Of a stretch of DNA of 64,000 nt, positions 57,859-64,000 are shown piece by piece; position 1 is the first letter of the stretch, and every line of letters begins with the position of its first letter. The position numbers and the translations under genes were made by a program. This DNA is from an uncultured Ferruginibacter sp. (GTDB lineage Bacteria; Bacteroidota; Bacteroidia; Chitinophagales; Chitinophagaceae): NCBI GenBank assembly GCA_964404845.1, contig CAYOLS010000001.1, positions 2,067 through 66,066 of the forward strand, given 5' to 3'. Below the pieces are notes generated by a model, which saw only the letters and a list, made by a program, of their open reading frames with translations, had not been told where the DNA came from and did not search any database.

Positions 57859-58608
57859 GTGATAAAAGCGCTGATCATAGACGATGAACCTGCTGCGGTA
57901 AAAACACTGCAGCTGATGCTGGAACGGTATGTTCCCGAGATAGAGGACCTGCGAACCACTACCGATCCCACGGAAGGGATTCACCTGCTTAAAACTTACC
58001 AGCCGCAGATCCTGTTTTTAGATATACAGATGCCTGTGATGAGTGGTTTTGATATCTTAAAGCATTTTCCCAACCTGCCATTCAATATTATTTTCACCAC
58101 GGCTTACGATGAATATGCTATACAGGCCATCCGTTTTTCTGCCCTTGATTTTTTATTGAAGCCAATTGATGCAGATGAGTTACAGATGGCGGTAGAAAAA
58201 TACATGATAAAGGAAGTATTGCAGATGAGTAACCAGTCGCTCTACAATAATTTCCTGCACAATATCAGCACACAAAAAAAAGAAGACTTCAAGCTGGCCC
58301 TTTCTACCAGCGAGGGAACATTTTTTTATAACCCCGATCAGATCGTGCGGCTGGAAGGCGAAAGCAATTACACCCGTTTTTTCTTTACCGAGAAGAAGCC
58401 GATGCTGACTTCAAAAACACTCAAGGAGTTTGAAGAGATACTTACCACGCATGGTTTTGTCCGCATTCACAAAAGCCACCTGGTAAACAAAAAACATATC
58501 ACCAACCTGAGCGGAGATGGTGTACTGACCATGGCGGATAAAAGCAGGGTTGAAATAAGCCGGAGGCGAAGGGCCGAAGTCGCAGAGTATTTAAAATCCG
58601 GCGTTTAG
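57859..58608 (+). CDS. LytTR-family response regulator
   Basis: IIDDE, FLDIQMP, FTTAY, LLKP; LytTR FVRIHKSHLVN, ISRRR. Confidence 0.94.
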   Translation: MIKALIIDDEPAAVKTLQLMLERYVPEIEDLRTTTDPTEGIHLLKTYQPQILFLDIQMPVMSGFDILKHFPNLPFNIIFTTAYDEYAIQAIRFSALDFLLKPIDADELQMAVEKYMIKEVLQMSNQSLYNNFLHNISTQKKEDFKLALSTSEGTFFYNPDQIVRLEGESNYTRFFFTEKKPMLTSKTLKEFEEILTTHGFVRIHKSHLVNKKHITNLSGDGVLTMADKSRVEISRRRRAEVAEYLKSGV

Positions 58609-59567
58609 TTTATACGGTTCACACTATACGTTGTTCTGAAAACAGCTTCGCCACCTGCAGGCAAAACAGTCAAACCAATTTCGTTGTTAAAAGCATCAGG
58701 AGCGCCACTCAGGTTTTCTATAGCAATACTTTTACGATGGCCGGGAATATAGAGTTGGGCAATGGGATATGATTTACCGGGCCTCACTTCCAGCTGTAAT
58801 TTTTTTTGCGGATCTCTTAAAACAATTGCTGGCGAAGCACTTTCAAAATCAACGAGGAAACTATTATCCATCATTGTATCTCCTATCGGTTTTAATTCTT
58901 TAAAAGCAGTGAAAGGCAATTGCTTTCCTGTAGGCAGCAGGTCACTATTAAATTCAAGCATTTCATTGCATGGGATGCTTAGCTGAAGCTCATCGACAAT
59001 ACCTCCGAATGTGAAATAAGGATGCCAGCCATCGGTAACCGGGATAGCAGTGCTCTCGTGGTTCTTGATAGCAGTGGTGATGCTCAGCATAGCGTCGTTT
59101 TGCAATTCATACACTACCCTGCAATCGTATTTGAATGGGTAACCTTTATCGGTTCCTTTGTAAAAGAATAGTAATTCTGCTGACGCCCGCTCCGTATTGG
59201 CATCCAGTTGTACAATATCAAACGTAGCATCATAAAGCAATCCATGCAAAGCATGTTTGCCGAGGTAAAACTTTTCAATAGTATATTCCTGCTCACCAAA
59301 ATGATAACGTCCTTCTGTCAGCCTGCATACAAACGGGGAAAGTTTGCAGCTTTTAAACCCTTCCGCTTCAGCAGCTTCGTCAAATTCGTTTTTGCTGCCG
59401 TATTGTTCAACAATGTTCAGCACATTGCCTTCATGCTGCACATTGAATGCATGCAGGATAGCGCCGCAGGCAGGAATGACCTCAACGCTGGTGCCTGTAG
59501 CGCTGTCTTCCAGCACAATAATGTCAAAACCGTTTTCCTGTTTTCTGCTTATGCCGAACATGTGCAT
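58605..59567 (-). CDS. Aldose 1-epimerase (mutarotase) family protein
   Basis: LSPFVCR, LHGL, GYPF, GWHPYF, DNSF, IAIENLS. Confidence 0.88.
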   Translation of the reverse strand: MHMFGISRKQENGFDIIVLEDSATGTSVEVIPACGAILHAFNVQHEGNVLNIVEQYGSKNEFDEAAEAEGFKSCKLSPFVCRLTEGRYHFGEQEYTIEKFYLGKHALHGLLYDATFDIVQLDANTERASAELLFFYKGTDKGYPFKYDCRVVYELQNDAMLSITTAIKNHESTAIPVTDGWHPYFTFGGIVDELQLSIPCNEMLEFNSDLLPTGKQLPFTAFKELKPIGDTMMDNSFLVDFESASPAIVLRDPQKKLQLEVRPGKSYPIAQLYIPGHRKSIAIENLSGAPDAFNNEIGLTVLPAGGEAVFRTTYSVNRIN

Positions 59568-59645
59568 TGATTTATTATTCTTTAAAATAACGAAAGATCG
59601 GCAGACCGCTGTTTTTTACCGGGAAATATTTATCCCGCAATAAAT

Positions 59646-59682
59646 GTTACACAAAATTTACATGGCAGTTACGCAAAATTTA
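59646..59682. promoter_or_regulatory. 15-bp direct repeat with 22-bp period; candidate transcription-factor site
   Basis: GTTACACAAAATTTA (59646-59660) and GTTACGCAAAATTTA (59668-59682). Confidence 0.65.
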
Positions 59683-59743
59683 ATGGCGCTGTAAATATTC
59701 AATGCTGATATTAATTAGGTTTATGATCTAACTATCATTCATC

Positions 59744-60382
59744 ATGAAAAATATTGCACGTAAATACTACGTCTTATTCATTTCTATTTTTTATTTGTCT
59801 TTTTCCGCACAGGCACAGGAAGTGCCTTTCGACGGCCATAAGTGGGAAGCACCTTATTATTTTCCGCTCCCTGAAAAATGGACATTTGAGCGTTTTTTAA
59901 TTCCTATCGGCTTTGCGTCATCTATTCCTTATAAGGGGGTGGAAGATATTCGCTTTGCACCTGGTTGGGGCAAAAAAGACAGCGAGCAATATTGGAGCTA
60001 TGCATTTTTGTGGTGGCTGGAAAACGGCCCACGTTTGAATGCGGAGATCTTATCCAGTCGCCTTAAAGCTTATTATACCGGCCTGATGAGGGTAAATATT
60101 GATACGGCAAAACACTTGCTTAGCGCTAAAGACCTCATAGCAACAACCAGTTTTCAAAAATTGCCAACAGCCAAAGGGGACAGGGAAACATACAGCGGAA
60201 CCATTCAAATGCTGGATTACATGCAGCTAAAAACAATAAAATTGAATTGTATGGTGCATGTAAGACCATGTGCTTCCGAAAAACGATATACGGTATTCTT
60301 TGAATTATCGCCCCAGCCATTTACGCATGCTATATGGAACGATTTTAAAACCCTGCGGGAAGGTTTCCGATGTAAAAAATAA
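59744..60382 (+). CDS. Secreted hypothetical protein
   Basis: 212 aa ORF with signal peptide AQA|QE; EDIRFAPGW...WSYAFLWW looks like a conserved motif. Confidence 0.75.
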   Translation: MKNIARKYYVLFISIFYLSFSAQAQEVPFDGHKWEAPYYFPLPEKWTFERFLIPIGFASSIPYKGVEDIRFAPGWGKKDSEQYWSYAFLWWLENGPRLNAEILSSRLKAYYTGLMRVNIDTAKHLLSAKDLIATTSFQKLPTAKGDRETYSGTIQMLDYMQLKTIKLNCMVHVRPCASEKRYTVFFELSPQPFTHAIWNDFKTLREGFRCKK

Positions 60383-60404
60383 TTGCAAATAAGCTGACCC
60401 TGCC

Positions 60405-60543
60405 TAAGCTCCGTAGGAGCGAACTACCTGTAGCCCGAAATATATCGGCCCACACAAACTCCGCCGGAGTTACCTGCAAAGCGGCTCTTATGGAGCGTGC
60501 ATCAATTAATATCAGATATAACAACAGGTTGCGCCGATGAAAC
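60405..60543. repeat. Cluster of short REP-like hairpins (GCTCC-N3-GGAGC)
   Basis: GCTCCGTAGGAGC 60408-60420, AACTCCGCCGGAGTT 60457-60471, GCTCTTATGGAGC 60484-60496, and a degenerate fourth near 60523-60543. Confidence 0.65.
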
Positions 60544-60615
60544 ATTGCCATACATTTATTAGAATATTGTAATGTTTGATTTTTCTGTTAGCTTTAATAA
60601 GCAAAAGCTACACTT

Positions 60616-61242
60616 ATGTCTTCTCAACAAAAATGGAATGAACAAAAAGTATTTGCGGGATTGCTGGCCGTTATCGCCTGGTCTTCGCTGGTACTACAAT
60701 TTTTTTTAAAGACAGGAAGTGCCATAAATTTCTTCAGCTTTTTTACTGTTCAGTGTAATATACTTGTAGCCGTTACTGCTACCTGCGTTGCTTTTTTAAG
60801 TGAGACTTCCATTGGTAAATTTTTCACGAGCCTTTCTGTTCAAACTGCTATTGCTCTATACATATTTATCGTGGCGCTTGTTTACAATACTGTGCTACGT
60901 GGATTAGTGCCGCTTGCAGGCTGGGGCCTGTTTGTTGATACGATGCTTCATGTAGTGGTTCCTATATTGTACTTATTGTATTGGGGACTTATACGCACCA
61001 AAGGTAACCTGGAATACCGCAATGGCGCTTATTGGCTGCTATTTCCATTTATATATTTGGTATATTCAATGATAAGGGGCGCTGTTACCGGCTGGTATCC
61101 TTACCCGTTTTTAAATGCAGCAGAGAATAGTTACGGAAGGGTGAGCATTAACATTGCAGTAATGATCGCCGTGTTTTTAATTGCAGGGTTGATACTTATT
61201 GCCATTACCCGTTCCCTGAAAAAAGAAACGCCGGTAAGTTAA
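60616..61242 (+). CDS. Pr6Pr-family membrane protein
   Basis: About 6 TMs; FFSFFT..CN, LHVVVP, RG...WYPYPFLN. Confidence 0.85.
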   Translation: MSSQQKWNEQKVFAGLLAVIAWSSLVLQFFLKTGSAINFFSFFTVQCNILVAVTATCVAFLSETSIGKFFTSLSVQTAIALYIFIVALVYNTVLRGLVPLAGWGLFVDTMLHVVVPILYLLYWGLIRTKGNLEYRNGAYWLLFPFIYLVYSMIRGAVTGWYPYPFLNAAENSYGRVSINIAVMIAVFLIAGLILIAITRSLKKETPVS

Positions 61243-61300
61243 TTATAGTAACAAAGCCTTTCAATACCGGATATTGATCAGCTTACTATTTAAAACATCT

Positions 61301-62935
61301 ATGAAGTATTTATTGTTAGTGTTTCTTCTTATAACTGGAAACTCCCATGCTCAATCAAATATTGATCAAACATCAAAAGCCGCCACTTTTATAAAAGTCT
61401 GGGGATTTTTAAAATACTACCATCCTGAAGTTGCAAAAGGCAAGCTGGATTGGGACAGTGTTTTTATGACAAAAGCGAAAACACTGTATAGCCTGGATAC
61501 CAAAGAAAGTATAAATACTTTTTATTCCGACTGGATCAATAGTCTTGGCAATGTGCCCTCCTGCAAAGGATGCAAACAAAAGCCCGACGTTGATAAAAAC
61601 TTCGACAATGGCTGGCTGAGCGATGAAACTTATTTTTCTCCTGCTGTGATCAAACAATTAAAATGGATAGAAGCCAACAGGAATACCGGCGACAATTATT
61701 ACGTTAAACTAAAAAAGCCTTTGCTTATTCCTGATTTCAGCAATGAAAAGACTTATGAGGGTGCAGTGTTTCCTTCGGCAGAAATGAGGTTACTGGCATT
61801 GGGCCGCTACTGGAACGTTATACAATATTATTTTCCATACAAATATGCCATTGGCAGGGATTGGAAAACGGTCTTACCTGAGTTCATTCCGAAATTTTAT
61901 CAACCGGCTGATACTATGGCCTATCACTTGGCGCTTAAAGAGCTGGTAGCAACCATTAATGACAGTCATGCCAATATAAGCACCCCTTACCTTAATCGCT
62001 GGATAGGCGGAAGATGGGTGCCTTTTATGTTTACTATCATTGACAACAAAGCGGTGGTGTCTTCTTTTTTTAATGACACACTTGCAAAAGCAAACGATAT
62101 ACAACTAGGCGATGCTATTGTATCTATCAACAATAAACCTGTTGCCGATATCATTAAAGAAAAATGGAAATATTCCAGTGGCTCCAATGATGCCGTAAAA
62201 ATAAGAGGTATGTCGTATATGCTTTTTAACGGTCATACAGATTCTGTACACATACGTTATGAAAGAGACGGAGTGTTGCAAGAAAAAAATATCGGCAGGT
62301 ATATTTACAGTGATCTTCATTACACTTTCCGTAATGGCGGGCCGGATAGTTTTAGGATCTTACCAGGTAATATTGGTTTAGTCAACCTTGGCTGGCTACA
62401 GCTTGCAAGGGTAAAAGAGGTAATGCAATCTTTCGCCAATACCAAAGCCATCATTTTTGATGTGCGTGGGTATCCCAATGGTGTGTTGTACACGCTGGCG
62501 GAATATCTCAACCCACAATCGACGCCATTTGTAAAATTTATGAAAGCGGACGAAGACCTGCCCGGCGACTTCCAATATACCACAACAACAAGCTGCGGCA
62601 GCAGGAACAAAAAATATTACAAAGGGAAAGTCATCATGCTTTTCAATGAATATTCACAAAGTCATGCGGAGTTTACTTTAATGGCCTTAAAAACTGCGCC
62701 CAACTCAATTGCCATCGGCAGCCAAACCAGCGGTGCAGATGGCAATGTGTGTTACCTCCAGTTGCCTGGCAATTATAAAACCTTATTTACGAGCATAGGT
62801 GTTTATTACCCGGATGGTATAGAAACGCAGCGCATCGGCATAGTGCCTGATATTGTAATAAAACCTACTATCGCAGGGCTAAAAGCTGGAAAAGATGAGT
62901 TGCTGGAAAGAGCAATAACAGAAGCGAACAAATAA
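61301..62935 (+). CDS. S41 family peptidase (secreted, PDZ-containing)
   Basis: Signal peptide from MKYLL (61301); KVWGFLKYYHP, NDSHA, IFDVRGYP, SQSHAE, GADGN, GIVPD. Confidence 0.88.
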   Translation: MKYLLLVFLLITGNSHAQSNIDQTSKAATFIKVWGFLKYYHPEVAKGKLDWDSVFMTKAKTLYSLDTKESINTFYSDWINSLGNVPSCKGCKQKPDVDKNFDNGWLSDETYFSPAVIKQLKWIEANRNTGDNYYVKLKKPLLIPDFSNEKTYEGAVFPSAEMRLLALGRYWNVIQYYFPYKYAIGRDWKTVLPEFIPKFYQPADTMAYHLALKELVATINDSHANISTPYLNRWIGGRWVPFMFTIIDNKAVVSSFFNDTLAKANDIQLGDAIVSINNKPVADIIKEKWKYSSGSNDAVKIRGMSYMLFNGHTDSVHIRYERDGVLQEKNIGRYIYSDLHYTFRNGGPDSFRILPGNIGLVNLGWLQLARVKEVMQSFANTKAIIFDVRGYPNGVLYTLAEYLNPQSTPFVKFMKADEDLPGDFQYTTTTSCGSRNKKYYKGKVIMLFNEYSQSHAEFTLMALKTAPNSIAIGSQTSGADGNVCYLQLPGNYKTLFTSIGVYYPDGIETQRIGIVPDIVIKPTIAGLKAGKDELLERAITEANK

Positions 62936-62962
62936 TAGATTAACCGCTAAGACATTAAGATT

Positions 62963-63050
62963 TTAGAACGCAGATCTTCCTGATTGTCATGATCTGTTAT
63001 GATTTTTCATTATGAAAAATCATGGCCAATCTGCGTCATATGCATTCTAA
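62963..63050. repeat. Long imperfect palindrome with 9-nt periodicity between convergent genes
   Basis: Centre ATGATTTTTCAT-T-ATGAAAAATCAT (62999-63023); outer TTAGAACGCAGAT / ATATGCATTCTAA (11/13 complementary). Confidence 0.7.
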
Positions 63051-63063
63051 TTCGTGTAATCAA

Positions 63064-64000
63064 TTACCTAAACATCTCCGCTACCGCCGGTGCAATAGGA
63101 TGTTCCGCCTTATAAGTATACCCCATCAGCCTTGCAATGGTTTGTGCTACTTGTTTTTGAAACAGTTGCTGCTCATTTTTTGCTTCGCCTGTTTTCTTTA
63201 TTGAAGGACCGATCGCCGTCAGCCAGATTTCACTTGCACCCGGCACATCACTTCCATGATCTGTCCATTCATCTTTATTAATATCGCCACGCCCATGATC
63301 GGTTGTAATGATCAACGTTGTCTTTCCTTTGTATTGTGGGTCGGTCTGCAGCCAGGTCCAGATATCTTTTATCCATGCGTCCACCTGCTTTGTCGCATCT
63401 AAATAATTTTTGTATTGCCCTGCATGCGCCCACTCATCTGTTTCGCCGTAAGATATGTAGAGCACTTTAGGTTTGCGGGTTTTTAAATGTTCCATAGCAG
63501 CATAATGTGTGAACACATCCAGGCATTCGTCCTGGTGCCATGGCTTATAGCTGTTCCTGCGCATTTCGTTGATGAGCTTTTCTTTTGGAGTAGGATTGCT
63601 GCCACCACAATCATCAAAGCCATTTATCACTGGTATACCGCTTCTTGCTTCATTCAGTATCCTGTCAAACGCATTCCAGGCACCGAATGCGGCTACTTTG
63701 CCTTTTAGCGCAGGCTGTTTGTTTAAAAATTCCAGTACGGTAACATTAGGATTTGGCTTGTACCCGTTGCTGTTTACCAATGTATCGGGATAGCCCGTCA
63801 TTATTTCGTTGTAGCCCGGGTAGCTGAACCAATAACGATTAGCCACATCCACTTTATTATTGTAAGCACGGTTCCCATAAATAATACCTTGCTCATTTAG
63901 TGTTGACCAGACAAACGGCATGAGTTTTTTCCTTCTTTCTTCTTCGGTAGCCGCCCAATAATTTTTATAGATATAATTACTATCGCCCTGGTTGAATTTT
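63064..64000 (-). CDS. Alkaline-phosphatase-superfamily metalloenzyme (phosphoglyceromutase-like), 5' end outside the window
   Basis: Frame stays open from 63921 to the edge (KFNQGDSNYIYKKYWAATEEERRKKLM); motifs FSYPGY, ETDEWAH, TTDHGRG, DHG. Confidence 0.8.
   Translation of the reverse strand, partial: KFNQGDSNYIYKNYWAATEEERRKKLMPFVWSTLNEQGIIYGNRAYNNKVDVANRYWFSYPGYNEIMTGYPDTLVNSNGYKPNPNVTVLEFLNKQPALKGKVAAFGAWNAFDRILNEARSGIPVINGFDDCGGSNPTPKEKLINEMRRNSYKPWHQDECLDVFTHYAAMEHLKTRKPKVLYISYGETDEWAHAGQYKNYLDATKQVDAWIKDIWTWLQTDPQYKGKTTLIITTDHGRGDINKDEWTDHGSDVPGASEIWLTAIGPSIKKTGEAKNEQQLFQKQVAQTIARLMGYTYKAEHPIAPAVAEMFR

Noticed and set aside
1-64000. CRISPR array, tRNA/rRNA, transposase, integrase or prophage genes
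   Set aside because: I saw no regularly spaced repeat-spacer array, RNA gene signature or recombinase motif. Covariance-model searches were not run.

Overview
A gene-dense chromosomal window from a Bacteroidota genome, probably Chitinophagaceae-like. This assignment is inferred from TAnnTTTG -7 promoter boxes, a GAFTDA-type sigma54 activator and the gene families present. From left to right it holds six blocks. (1) A partial secreted protein and an HlyD adaptor, divergent from an NtrC-family two-component system, with a visible sigma54 promoter and enhancer boxes. (2) A phytase-like lipoprotein, then an AmgK-like sugar kinase fused to a RapZ C-terminal domain, next to murU. (3) An outer-membrane beta-barrel, HlyD and TolC trio with no inner-membrane pump. 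(4) A carotenoid cluster (carH/litR, ECF sigma, crtI, crtB, idi, crtD, cruF, crtZ, crtYcd) with a palindromic operator candidate. (5) A ~30 kb glycan locus (21.6-51.5 kb) containing wzx, glf, rfbAB, gmd/fcl, asnB, 2 aminotransferases, 4 hexapeptide acetyltransferases, 8 glycosyltransferases, two paralogous GT-C/Wzy-like membrane proteins and a formyltransferase-like/beta-propeller fusion. (6) An ABC-F ATPase, serine hydrolase, NagX-like protein, GAF-LytS/LytTR pair, mutarotase, Pr6Pr protein, S41 peptidase and a partial alkaline-phosphatase-superfamily gene. Many intergenic gaps carry short palindromic or periodic repeats from at least four families, including two copies of a composite MITE/REP-like element. 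I saw no tRNA, rRNA, CRISPR array or transposase. All product calls come from motif recognition by eye; no database searches were run.
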